DNA of 64,000 nt from an uncultured virus (IMG/VR IMGVR_UViG_3300025769_000102) (lineage: Duplodnaviria; Heunggongvirae; Uroviricota; Caudoviricetes): the IMG/VR virus record IMGVR_UViG_3300025769_000102. One strand, given 5' to 3'. A program made the position numbers and the translations under genes. Of the stretch, positions 17,068 to 26,014 are shown piece after piece. Numbering within the stretch: the first letter of the stretch is position 1; each line of letters begins with the position of its first letter. The notes beneath the pieces were generated by a model. The model did not search any database and was not told where the DNA came from. It worked only from the letters and a program-made list of their open reading frames with translations.

Positions 17068-17748
17068 ATGAGTAAGAGATTAGGCTACACATTCTACCCA
17101 AAAGATTGGAGAAGTGATGACAAAGTTATAATGCTTAACGCAGAAGAAAGAGATATGTTTCGCTTCTTTATTGACGAGTGTCACATAAAAAGTTCAGCAA
17201 AACTTGAGTGGAACTTAGGATATCTTCGCAGAATCTTGGGGCATAACAAGCAAAAAGTTGAAAGAATCTTTAAAGTTTTATGTAGTTTTGAGTTAGTTTC
17301 ACGAGAGGGTGATTATGTGATTGTTCCTAGTGTTATCAATAGGTTAGGGTTTATTGAAGAGCAATCTGAGAGGGGTAAATTAAGTCGTATATCATCGAGT
17401 GAAAATGTAACCAAAGAGAAAGAGAAAGAGAAAGAGAAAGAGAAAGGGGAATCAGAAGACCCAAAGGTTAAATTCTTGAAGTGGTTTAATGAATCAAGAA
17501 CTAAACACTTAAAAATACCATCTAACTTTAACACCCTTACCAACCAAGACAGAATTAATCTAAGTGAATTGAGAAAGGATTATAGCAAGGAAGACTTTAA
17601 CAAGGCTATAAAATCTTTTTGTGAGGACAAGTGGTGGGTAGGTAAGAAGAACATAACACCTAAACACTTCTTAGACCAAGACAATTTCGCTAAGTTCTTA
17701 AATGCTTACGAACCTACAAAGACAATCGGACAAAAACTAATGGGATAA
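17068..17748 (+). CDS. Phage replication initiator (DUF1376/YdaU-like N-terminus)
   Basis: FYPKDWRSD..V..L..EER; KE linker; C-terminal WW....ITP..FL...NF.KFLN; precedes helicase. Confidence 0.7.
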   Translation: MSKRLGYTFYPKDWRSDDKVIMLNAEERDMFRFFIDECHIKSSAKLEWNLGYLRRILGHNKQKVERIFKVLCSFELVSREGDYVIVPSVINRLGFIEEQSERGKLSRISSSENVTKEKEKEKEKEKGESEDPKVKFLKWFNESRTKHLKIPSNFNTLTNQDRINLSELRKDYSKEDFNKAIKSFCEDKWWVGKKNITPKHFLDQDNFAKFLNAYEPTKTIGQKLMG

Positions 17749-17750
17749 TT

Positions 17751-18671
17751 ATGATATTAGAAAGAGGATTTGCAGACAAATATTTAGATGATGTAATTAA
17801 CGGAAGGATAAAGCTAGGCTTGGGCTTAGGCTTACCAAAATTTGATGACCACTTCCGATTCAAGCAAGGAGAGTTCACAATCATTAACGGCTTAGATAAC
17901 GTAGGTAAAACAGATTGGCTACTATGGTATTTCTGTGCATTAAGCGTAACACAAGGGCTTAAGTTTTGTGTTTGGAGTGGAGAGAATAAAGCAGGGCAGT
18001 TGGTTAAGAGATTAATACAATGGAAGATTGGTAAGTACATACACAAAGCTGATGAGTTAGATATCTACAACGCTAAAGCTTGGGTTGAGGAGCATTTTAA
18101 GTTCATTGATAACACGGGATTCTACAAGTCAGAAGAACTATTTGCAATGTTTGAAAGCTTAGATGTAAATGCAGTTCTTATTGACCCATACACGGGTATG
18201 AATAGAGACTATACTCACGCTGCTAACTACGACTTCTTAAACGAAAGCAGAAAGTTTGTTAACCAAACTAAAAAGAGTTTGTTTGTAAACACTCACCCTA
18301 ACACGGAGGCAGCGAGAAGAATCTACGGATTAGAACACGAATATTATGGCTATCCTATGCCACCAAGTCGTTCACAAAGTGAAGGCGGTCAACCATTCGC
18401 TAACAGACCTGACAACTTTATAACTATTCACAGACTAATTGGACACCCACTAATGAAGTTTAACACTCAAGTGTACATCAGAAAGGTGAAGGATACGGAA
18501 ACTGGTGGAGAGCCTAACGCAATTGATGACCCAATTATTTTTGAGTACAACAAAGGGCTTGGGTTTGTGAGTGATGGAATAAATATAGTGAATAAGGTCA
18601 TAAGACCCGACCTACAATTCCAACCACTGATACCAAATAATGATTTTGATAGTAACCAAGACCCATTTTAA
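17751..18671 (+). CDS. SF4 (DnaB/T7 gp4-like) replicative helicase without primase domain
   Basis: Walker A GLDNVGKT, SGE, Walker B VLIDPY, HP, DN.ITIHR, KVK. Confidence 0.85.
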   Translation: MILERGFADKYLDDVINGRIKLGLGLGLPKFDDHFRFKQGEFTIINGLDNVGKTDWLLWYFCALSVTQGLKFCVWSGENKAGQLVKRLIQWKIGKYIHKADELDIYNAKAWVEEHFKFIDNTGFYKSEELFAMFESLDVNAVLIDPYTGMNRDYTHAANYDFLNESRKFVNQTKKSLFVNTHPNTEAARRIYGLEHEYYGYPMPPSRSQSEGGQPFANRPDNFITIHRLIGHPLMKFNTQVYIRKVKDTETGGEPNAIDDPIIFEYNKGLGFVSDGINIVNKVIRPDLQFQPLIPNNDFDSNQDPF

Positions 18672-18673
18672 TT

Positions 18674-19042
18674 ATGTTAACAGACGAACAAATAGCTAAG
18701 GCAATAGACAGAAGGGAAGCATTCTTTTTTACAGACAAGGAGATAGAGAAGCTATGGTATCACGCAAGTTTAAAGAAGAACATTGAACTAATGACCTTGA
18801 ATATGACGCAGCATACCTTAATCTTAGATGCTATGTATTTAAAAGCAGTTAAGGTTGATGTTGACAAGGCGAATAAGATACTAGAAATAAAGAATTACCT
18901 TACAAAATCTATTCACGTTCAAAAGATTAACAACTTACAAGCAGATTTAATAGACGAAAGTAACTTAAAAATGTTTGAGAAGGACTTTAGGATAAGGGAG
19001 TTAGAGGAAGAATTAACTAATTTAAAACGTAATATAAAATGA
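18674..19042 (+). CDS. Hypothetical coiled-coil protein
   Basis: Tightly packed ORF. Confidence 0.6.
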   Translation: MLTDEQIAKAIDRREAFFFTDKEIEKLWYHASLKKNIELMTLNMTQHTLILDAMYLKAVKVDVDKANKILEIKNYLTKSIHVQKINNLQADLIDESNLKMFEKDFRIRELEEELTNLKRNIK

Positions 19043-19263
19043 AAATTAAAATACATAGGGTTTGCATCAACTCGGTTGTAGGGTGCAACTACGCAATTGA
19101 TAATTTTAAACGAGGTTTTCGTTACGAGATTATCACGATGGGAGTTAAGGAAGGAAAAGAAAGTTGGGTGTTTAAGGAGATGTCTTCAGAGCAGAAAGAG
19201 TTCTTTGTTGAAAAAGATTACGCAGATTTATTAATTAATAACGGAAACATTAAAAATTTATAA
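19039..19263 (+). CDS. Hypothetical protein
   Basis: ATGA overlap with previous stop. Confidence 0.55.
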   Translation: MKIKIHRVCINSVVGCNYAIDNFKRGFRYEIITMGVKEGKESWVFKEMSSEQKEFFVEKDYADLLINNGNIKNL

Positions 19264-19303
19264 TTATATTTGTTTCAATCCCCCAAATAAAACCATTTAA
19301 AAA

Positions 19304-19594
19304 ATGAGAGACTGGAAAGACCAACTAGACTTAGACAAGGTAGAGCTGAAGCCTCCCTTTGTAGAAGAAGACTTTAGTAACATTCCTAAGTACTACCTAT
19401 CTAATGGCATTGAAGCATCTAAGGTAGTCGCAGCATTCCAAGGTGACAACTACAACATAGGTACTGCACTAACTTACTTGATGAGGGCTGGCAAAAAGGT
19501 TTACGTTAACAAGTCTCCTAGAGATAGTAAGGTGGCTGACATTAAAAAAGCAATCAACCACTTGAATTTTGAACTTGATAGAATAAATAAATAA
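19304..19594 (+). CDS. DUF3310-like protein (T7 gp1.7 nucleotide kinase-related)
   Basis: PKYY..NGIE...YNIG.AL.YL.RAGKK...DIKKAI.HL. Confidence 0.75.
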   Translation: MRDWKDQLDLDKVELKPPFVEEDFSNIPKYYLSNGIEASKVVAAFQGDNYNIGTALTYLMRAGKKVYVNKSPRDSKVADIKKAINHLNFELDRINK

Positions 19595-19597
19595 ATT

Positions 19598-20782
19598 ATG
19601 AAAAGTGTAAGAAAGTACTTGAGTTCAGAAGAAGCCATTATTTTGGGATTAGACCCTAGACCAAACGAAAAATTTAGAACTAAAGCAAGGTATCGCATAC
19701 CAGAAGAGGACTGGAATAACATTCAAAGAAGTAGAGAAAAAGATAACGTAAGGAAATTTGTGGAAACACAAAAGAAATACGATAAGGATGGTCAGTTAGT
19801 TTCTACAGTTGAAAAGTTACAAGCTGACCCTATAGATATTCCAGAAGACTTTGAAGTAATAAAAGTATCCACGAGTAAAACTACTGGACAACAATGGGTG
19901 CAGTACGCTAAGAAGAAAGTAAACTTAGAGGATAAGATAGAAGAGCTTAGAGATAGACTTATAGAAGACCTTAAAGCTTACTCTCCTGCCTACCCAACAA
20001 TCAAAAGGAATAAGTCTGAAGATAGTTACTGCTTGGTTTTAGACCCCGCAGATATTCACATAGGAAAGTTAGCCACCTCGTTTGAAACTGGCGTGGACTA
20101 TAATAGTCAGATAGCCGTTAAGAGGGTTAAAGAAGGGGTGCAAGGCATCCTAGACAAAGCAAGCGGATTTGATATAGATAAGATTATTTTTATTGGAGGT
20201 AATGACATTCTGCATACAGATACTCCACAAAGAAAGACTACTAGCGGGACTCCTCAAGATACCGAAGGGATGTGGTACAATAACTTTCTTACCGCTAAAC
20301 AACTTTACGTTGATGTTTTAGAGATGCTTATCACTGTAGCTGATGTAGAGTTTGTTTTTAACCCATCTAACCACGACTATATGACTGGCTTTATGTTGGC
20401 TGACGTTATAAAGACTCACTTCAGACTATCCAAGAATATTAGTTTTGATTGCTCTATAGCCCACAGAAAGTATTCAACTTATGGAAGCTCTTTAATTGGA
20501 ACAACTCACGGAGATGGAGCTAAGCAAGTGGACTTAGGTCAGCTTATGAGTATTGAAGCAAAGGAACATTGGGCAGCTTCAGAGCATAGATACTTTTACA
20601 CACACCACGTTCACCATAAGACTGCGAAGGATTACATCAACGTAACTGTTGAGAGTTTAAGAAGTCCAAGTCCTGCTGACTCTTGGCATCATCGTAACGG
20701 ATATGTAAACAAAGCGGCAGTTGAGGGATTCATACATTCTAAAACTCAAGGTCAAGTAGCTAGGCTTACTCACTTTTTTTAA
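19598..20782 (+). CDS. Calcineurin-like metallophosphoesterase
   Basis: DIHIG, GNDILH, SNHD, THGD, HHVHH motifs. Confidence 0.85.
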   Translation: MKSVRKYLSSEEAIILGLDPRPNEKFRTKARYRIPEEDWNNIQRSREKDNVRKFVETQKKYDKDGQLVSTVEKLQADPIDIPEDFEVIKVSTSKTTGQQWVQYAKKKVNLEDKIEELRDRLIEDLKAYSPAYPTIKRNKSEDSYCLVLDPADIHIGKLATSFETGVDYNSQIAVKRVKEGVQGILDKASGFDIDKIIFIGGNDILHTDTPQRKTTSGTPQDTEGMWYNNFLTAKQLYVDVLEMLITVADVEFVFNPSNHDYMTGFMLADVIKTHFRLSKNISFDCSIAHRKYSTYGSSLIGTTHGDGAKQVDLGQLMSIEAKEHWAASEHRYFYTHHVHHKTAKDYINVTVESLRSPSPADSWHHRNGYVNKAAVEGFIHSKTQGQVARLTHFF

Positions 20783-20808
20783 CGTATTCAGATAAAAAAC
20801 AGTAAATT

Positions 20809-21006
20809 ATGAAACAAAAAGAAGAAAATATAATAGAAGTCAAGAATAAATATTCGTCTAATGGGATAATAGAATCTACTGACTATATAGTTAATGGTGA
20901 GTTAGTTGAAGGATTTTACAGTTTAGATAGCTTAAGGTCTACCTTAGAAAATATATTTAAGTTTAAAAATATAGTTGTAAAAAAATACGGAAAGTTAAGT
21001 ATATAA
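20809..21006 (+). CDS. Hypothetical protein
   Basis: Short AT-rich ORF with ATTATG start. Confidence 0.5.
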   Translation: MKQKEENIIEVKNKYSSNGIIESTDYIVNGELVEGFYSLDSLRSTLENIFKFKNIVVKKYGKLSI

Positions 21007-21047
21007 AAGGAAAAGTAAGTAACTATATTAAGCCCCCATAAGTACAA

Positions 21048-21497
21048 ATGAAGAAAAGATTTAAAAGAAAGAAAGGCCCTGTACAGGCAAATAAGGTTGA
21101 GTATAATGGTGTAAAGTTTGCATCGGGACTTGAGAAGTATATGTACATAGCACTTAAAGATGCTGGAATAGAGTTTGAGTACGAGTTCAGAACATTCCAA
21201 CTCCTGCCAACATTTGAGTTCAACCAAGTGGCTTATGAAAGACAAGCTAATGGAAAGGGTGAGTACAAAGACAGAGGCAACAAAAAGATGCTTGGTATAA
21301 AGTACACGCCAGACTTTGAGGGTTCTGACTTCATTATAGAGACTAAGGGTAGAGCTAATGATTCATTCCCTCTTAGGTATAAGTTATTCAAAGCACTACT
21401 AGCTGTAACAGAGCCAAGTATTTCGCTTTATAAACCACAAAATCAAGCCGAGTGTGATGAGACGGTTAAATTAATTTTAGAGAAACAAAAAAAATGA
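21048..21497 (+). CDS. T7 endonuclease I-like Holliday junction resolvase
   Basis: FASGLE...FEYE...YTPDF...IIETKG. Confidence 0.85.
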   Translation: MKKRFKRKKGPVQANKVEYNGVKFASGLEKYMYIALKDAGIEFEYEFRTFQLLPTFEFNQVAYERQANGKGEYKDRGNKKMLGIKYTPDFEGSDFIIETKGRANDSFPLRYKLFKALLAVTEPSISLYKPQNQAECDETVKLILEKQKK

Positions 21498-21660
21498 TTC
21501 AAGAAAATACAACTAACACAAGGATTAATAAGAGTATATCTAGAAAGAGGTATGCTGATAGGCAGTTTGGCAAGTGGGTTAAGTGGAGCATAGAACAAAA
21601 AGGGTGTGTTCTTTTTAAAGAAGTTATTAAAAAGCAAATAGAATATAAAATAATAACATT

Positions 21661-21864
21661 ATGAAGGTTGCATTTAAAAGTAATGACCCAACTGAAATAA
21701 AAAGATTGGCTAAATCAGCAGATATGGCTGCTTGCTTATGGGAGATAGTCCACAATGGTTGGCGAGAATTTAAGCATACTGATTATGATTATCAAAAGGC
21801 TTGGGATAAGATAATAGATATTGTTTCGGAACACAATATAGATGTCGATGATTTGATTGAGTAA
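21661..21864 (+). CDS. Hypothetical protein followed by attC-like site
   Basis: ORF; TGCCACATAAC follows the stop. Confidence 0.6.
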   Translation: MKVAFKSNDPTEIKRLAKSADMAACLWEIVHNGWREFKHTDYDYQKAWDKIIDIVSEHNIDVDDLIE

Positions 21865-21887
21865 TGCCACATAACTATTTTTTATAC

Positions 21888-22288
21888 CGTGTTATACCAC
21901 GTTTAATTTAAAATATAATAATATGGATATAAATATAAGTGAATCACCTGAAAGATGGGTGATAGTTAAATTGCCAAATAACTACTATAAAGTTTTTGGA
22001 ACTTGGACTGGTGGTTATTTAGATGGTGATAGATGGAAATTAAATTCTGGAATTAGTAAAGTAGAGCAAGACGAAAACTTTTATTATTTTATTGGTTTTA
22101 GTGGTAGTTGTTATAAGTGTCACAAAAAAGGATATGGAACTGCTACATCTTGGGGCTTAAGTGTTTTAAATAAAATAATAGAACAAGGGAACGGACAGAT
22201 TGAATTAATGGAGAATGTTGAAGATTGGGAAAATGTGGTATAACACGCAAATAAGGCGAGTTTCAATTCGCTTTATTTACTGTTATTA
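21888..22288 (+). mobile_element. Integron-cassette-like unit (gene bracketed by GTT.../...AAC inverted cores plus hairpin)
   Basis: CGTGTTATACCAC 21888-21900 and GTGGTATAACACG 22235-22247; hairpin ending GTTAT at 22282. Confidence 0.45.
21923..22243 (+). CDS. Hypothetical protein (cassette gene)
   Basis: P..WVIVK...YYKVFG.W.GGYLDGD.WKLNSGI...G.SGS.Y.C.K. Confidence 0.75.
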   Translation: MDINISESPERWVIVKLPNNYYKVFGTWTGGYLDGDRWKLNSGISKVEQDENFYYFIGFSGSCYKCHKKGYGTATSWGLSVLNKIIEQGNGQIELMENVEDWENVV

Positions 22289-22317
22289 TTATTTTAATTA
22301 TTAAATTTACAAAAATT

Positions 22318-22464
22318 ATGAAAGAAGAAAGAAAAGTTTGGTCACTAGCAATAGGTTTGTACCCTGGAATACTTTTAGGGTTTAGAACCTATGACCAAGG
22401 ACACCACAATGTGCACGTATTATACTTCCCATTCGTGGAGTTTGAGTTAACAATTTATAAATAA
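22318..22464 (+). CDS. Small hypothetical protein (48 aa, not in ORF track)
   Basis: MKEERKVWSLAIGLYPGILLGFRTY...; ATTATG start. Confidence 0.5.
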   Translation: MKEERKVWSLAIGLYPGILLGFRTYDQGHHNVHVLYFPFVEFELTIYK

Positions 22465-22470
22465 AAACAA

Positions 22471-22692
22471 ATGAAAGGACAAAAAGCAAGTAGGGTAGAC
22501 CTAGTAGAAAAAAAGATTAAAGCACTAATAAATGTTATGCAAAAGATGATGGATGACATTGCTCAACTGAAAGAACTTTCCAATGGTACGTTAGAAACAG
22601 TCAAGCTGATGCCTGACTTTCAGGAAGCGTTAGATAAGTTAAAAGAAAATTTAAAGAAGGAAGAGGAGGCTAAGGATGATGGTAGCAATTAA
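22471..22692 (+). CDS. Hypothetical coiled-coil protein
   Basis: ORF with A-rich leader. Confidence 0.6.
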   Translation: MKGQKASRVDLVEKKIKALINVMQKMMDDIAQLKELSNGTLETVKLMPDFQEALDKLKENLKKEEEAKDDGSN

Positions 22693-22911
22693 AATACTGA
22701 TAGCTCTTTCTTTTGTTTCAATTATTGCAACAGCAGGGTTGTTCTTTACGTTTTTTATGATTATGAAGGACATAAAAGGAAACAAAGATAATCTAATTTC
22801 AGAACAACTAAAAGAAATACTAAATAGGTTGTAGATGGTGTTGTTATACATTACATTTATTATACTAATAGGATATAACAAAGCAAAACATAAACTAAAA
22901 CAATAAAAACA

Positions 22912-24774
22912 ATGGAGATATCAAATAAAATTTTAAGCGAGATAACGGTGTATATGAAGTACGCCAAGTACATACCAGAACTAAACAGAAGAGAGAGTTG
23001 GGAGGAACTTGTAACTCGTAACAAACTAATGCACATTAAAAAGTACCCACAACTGAATGAAGAAATTGAAGAAGTTTATAAATTTGTTTACGACAAAAAG
23101 GTTTTACCGTCAATGCGGTCTTTGCAGTTTGGTGGAAAGTCTATTTCTATCTCACCCAATCGTGTTTACAATTGTGCTTATTTGCCTATTGATTCTATTG
23201 ATGCTTTTAACGAAACTATGTTTCTTTTACTTGGTGGGACAGGTGTTGGATATTCTGTTCAGAAACATCACATAGACAGTTTACCTGCGGTTAACCACCC
23301 ATACAAGAAAAGAGTTAAAAGGTTTTTAATTGGAGATAGTATTGAAGGATGGGCTGATGCTATAAAGGTTCTTATGAAGTCTTATATGGGAGAGAACAGA
23401 AGCTCTAAGATTGATTTTGATTACTCAGACATTAGACCAAAGGGGGCACAACTCGTTACATCTGGGGGCAAAGCTCCAGGGCCTCAGCCACTTAAGGAGT
23501 GTATTATGAAGGTAAAGGGATTGTTAGATGCCAAAGATGATGGCGACAAGCTTACTACACTTGAAGCACACGATATTATTTGCTACATTGCGGATGCTGT
23601 ATTGGCTGGTGGTATTAGACGTGCTGCACTTATAAGTCTATTCTCTGCTGATGATAACGATATGATTTCTTGTAAGTCTGGTTCTTGGTGGGAGAAAAAT
23701 CCACAAAGAGGTAGAGCAAATAACTCTGCTGTACTTATGAGACATAAGATTAGTAAGGAGTTCTTTATGGGCTTGTGGAAGAGAGTTGAGTTGTCTGGAG
23801 CAGGTGAGCCAGGGATATACTTTAATAACGATAAGGATTGGGGAACTAACCCTTGCTGTGAGATTGCACTAAGACCATTTCAGTTCTGTAACCTATGTGA
23901 AGTTAACGCAAGTGACTTAGAGTCTCAAGAAGATTATGAAGCTAGGGTAAAGGCTGCTGCGTTCATCGGAACAATGCAAGCTGGTTACACAAACTTTCAC
24001 TACCTTAGAGATGTATGGAGAGAAACTACAGAGAAGGATGCATTGATTGGTGTATCTATGACTGGTATAGGCTCAGGTGCTGTAACTAAATTAGATATGA
24101 CTAAGGCTGCTGAGGTTGTTAAAAAAGAAAACTCAAGGGTTGCTAAGTTAATTGGTATTAACTCTGCTGCTAGATGTACGACTGTTAAGCCTGCTGGAAC
24201 AACATCACTAGCTTTAGGTACATCGTCAGGGATTCACGCTTGGCACAATGACTACTACATTAGAAGGATTCGTGTTGGAAAGAATGAGTCTATGTATAAC
24301 TACCTAATTAACAACCACCCAGAGCTTGTTAAGGATGAGTACTTCAGACCTCACGACACTGCTGTTATTGAGATACCACAAATGTCACCAAAGGGTTCTA
24401 TACTTAGGACTGAGTCTCCGTTTGACTTACTTGAGAGAATTAAGAAGGTTGCTATGGAGTGGGTTGTCCCTGGACACAGAAGAGGCTCTAACACGCACAA
24501 TGTTTCTGCTACGGTATCTTTGAAGGAAGATGAGTGGGATAAGGCAGGAGAATGGATGTGGGACAACAGAGAACACTATAATGGTCTATCTGTTTTACCA
24601 TACGATGGAGGAAGTTACACTCAAGCCCCTTTTGAGGATATAGATGAGGCTAAGTATAACGAGATGATGAAGACCCTGAAAGATGTAGACCTATCTAATA
24701 TCTTAGAGGTTGATGATAATACCAATCTGTCTGGAGAGATTGCTTGTGGGGCTGATGGTTGTGAAGTTAAATAA
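22912..24774 (+). CDS. nrdJ: Class II adenosylcobalamin-dependent ribonucleotide reductase
   Basis: PSMR, YNC, GTGVG, TNPCCEI, FCNL, TTVKPAGTTS, C-terminal CGADGC; no beta subunit nearby. Confidence 0.92.
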   Translation: MEISNKILSEITVYMKYAKYIPELNRRESWEELVTRNKLMHIKKYPQLNEEIEEVYKFVYDKKVLPSMRSLQFGGKSISISPNRVYNCAYLPIDSIDAFNETMFLLLGGTGVGYSVQKHHIDSLPAVNHPYKKRVKRFLIGDSIEGWADAIKVLMKSYMGENRSSKIDFDYSDIRPKGAQLVTSGGKAPGPQPLKECIMKVKGLLDAKDDGDKLTTLEAHDIICYIADAVLAGGIRRAALISLFSADDNDMISCKSGSWWEKNPQRGRANNSAVLMRHKISKEFFMGLWKRVELSGAGEPGIYFNNDKDWGTNPCCEIALRPFQFCNLCEVNASDLESQEDYEARVKAAAFIGTMQAGYTNFHYLRDVWRETTEKDALIGVSMTGIGSGAVTKLDMTKAAEVVKKENSRVAKLIGINSAARCTTVKPAGTTSLALGTSSGIHAWHNDYYIRRIRVGKNESMYNYLINNHPELVKDEYFRPHDTAVIEIPQMSPKGSILRTESPFDLLERIKKVAMEWVVPGHRRGSNTHNVSATVSLKEDEWDKAGEWMWDNREHYNGLSVLPYDGGSYTQAPFEDIDEAKYNEMMKTLKDVDLSNILEVDDNTNLSGEIACGADGCEVK

Positions 24775-24869
24775 TACAATATTAATTAGTATATTTGCAT
24801 AGTATACTTTCATTGTGTATTTGTTTTTAATTATGCTATACGATTTGTTTTGTATTGCACATCGTAACT

Positions 24870-24904
24870 AAAAAACGCCAGTAATTAATTTTACTGGCGT
24901 TTTT
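24870..24904. terminator. Bidirectional terminator between convergent early and late arms
   Basis: AAAAACGCCAGTAA / TTACTGGCGTTTTT. Confidence 0.85.
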
Positions 24905-24933
24905 GATTATAGGTAGCTTTAGGTATGGTACGC

Positions 24934-25188
24934 CTATTTCTTTTTGCTCCCTTTCTTTATCTTCCCCACATTCTTTGAGGAAGTTTTCTTTCTCTTAAAG
25001 CTTTCCTTTTCAGACTTCGTTAGTTCACTTGCTGTAGTCGGTGTATCTTTAGATATTCTTTTACTTGGTCTACAAGCAGGGTATCCCTTTCTCTTTTCAC
25101 CCTCAGACCTTCCGCAAGGCTTTCCAGTCTTTATGTCAACCCACTTCTCTTTAAACCATCTGTTTAAGTTTCCTTCAGTCTTTGCCAT
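24934..25188 (-). CDS. Small basic conserved phage protein (DUF5872-like)
   Basis: L.RWFKEKWVD.KTGKPCGR...YPACRP. Confidence 0.7.
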   Translation of the reverse strand: MAKTEGNLNRWFKEKWVDIKTGKPCGRSEGEKRKGYPACRPSKRISKDTPTTASELTKSEKESFKRKKTSSKNVGKIKKGSKKK

Positions 25189-25352
25189 TACTTCTTCTTT
25201 TTAGAACCACCAAACTTACTTGGCCCTCCAGCCTTCGTACACTGAACTCCCCATCCAGAAGCATACGCACTAGGCCACACTTTAAACTTACTCTTAGCTG
25301 CTCTTTTGCACGCAGCGGATATAGCGTTAATTCCGTTGCCTTTAAATACCAT
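25188..25352 (-). CDS. Small basic protein (54 aa, not in ORF track)
   Basis: MVFKGNGINAISAACKRAAKSKFKVWPSAYASGWGVQCTKAGGPSKFGGSKKKK; TAATG coupling to next gene. Confidence 0.7.
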   Translation of the reverse strand: MVFKGNGINAISAACKRAAKSKFKVWPSAYASGWGVQCTKAGGPSKFGGSKKKK

Positions 25353-25354
25353 AG

Positions 25355-25996
25355 TTATTTGTTTTTAAGTACATAAAGACCATTAGGCATATTAAGACCA
25401 TTAGGAATATTAAGACCATTAGGAGTATTTTTATTTGTTTTGTTAGTATTTTTTTTGTATAAAAAACTTTTATCAGATTTGTAATTTTCAGAATTTTTAA
25501 AACCTCTCCCATCTGGAAGTATAGATTTTACTTTAGGACTGTCTACAATGCTCTTCTTTTTCTTTGCTGGTATATCCATAGCTCCTATGATTGAGCCTGC
25601 GAAGTTATTTGTTAAGTCTTCCGCAGTTTCAGCTATAACATCTGTAATTGGCATACCCTTTTTAAAGTTTGCATATCCTGCTTTAGCCTCGTGTGCAGCA
25701 CCAAGAATATTTGAAACCCCGACACTAACTAATTTATTTACAGTAGAGTTTGAGAATGGAATCATATCAAGTTTACTTCTTACACCCTCTGTAGTGTACT
25801 GAGCCGTGGTCATATGCCTAGCTCTATCTCTCCCCTTGTCAAATTCTCCTCCTTCATCTGTAGTGTACCTACTATTTACTTCATCAACAGCTCTCTTTGG
25901 GTTACCTAAGAAGTCATTAACTTTTGACTCCAAAGTTTTAGGTTTTTTATTGTCACCCCCACCTAACTGTGTGAGTCCATTCATTTTATATGCCAT
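25355..25996 (-). CDS. Hypothetical late protein with D..RH / HE / DL.NN..G motif
   Basis: RDRARH...AHE...EDLTNNFAG; 18-nt tandem repeat near the C-terminus. Confidence 0.65.
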   Translation of the reverse strand: MAYKMNGLTQLGGGDNKKPKTLESKVNDFLGNPKRAVDEVNSRYTTDEGGEFDKGRDRARHMTTAQYTTEGVRSKLDMIPFSNSTVNKLVSVGVSNILGAAHEAKAGYANFKKGMPITDVIAETAEDLTNNFAGSIIGAMDIPAKKKKSIVDSPKVKSILPDGRGFKNSENYKSDKSFLYKKNTNKTNKNTPNGLNIPNGLNMPNGLYVLKNK

Positions 25997-26014
25997 AGTT
26001 ATTTATTTAGTTAG

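Noticed and set aside
17413..17446. AAAGAG x5 as replication iterons
   Set aside because: Explained as the KEKEKE linker common in initiators; no separate iteron set recognised
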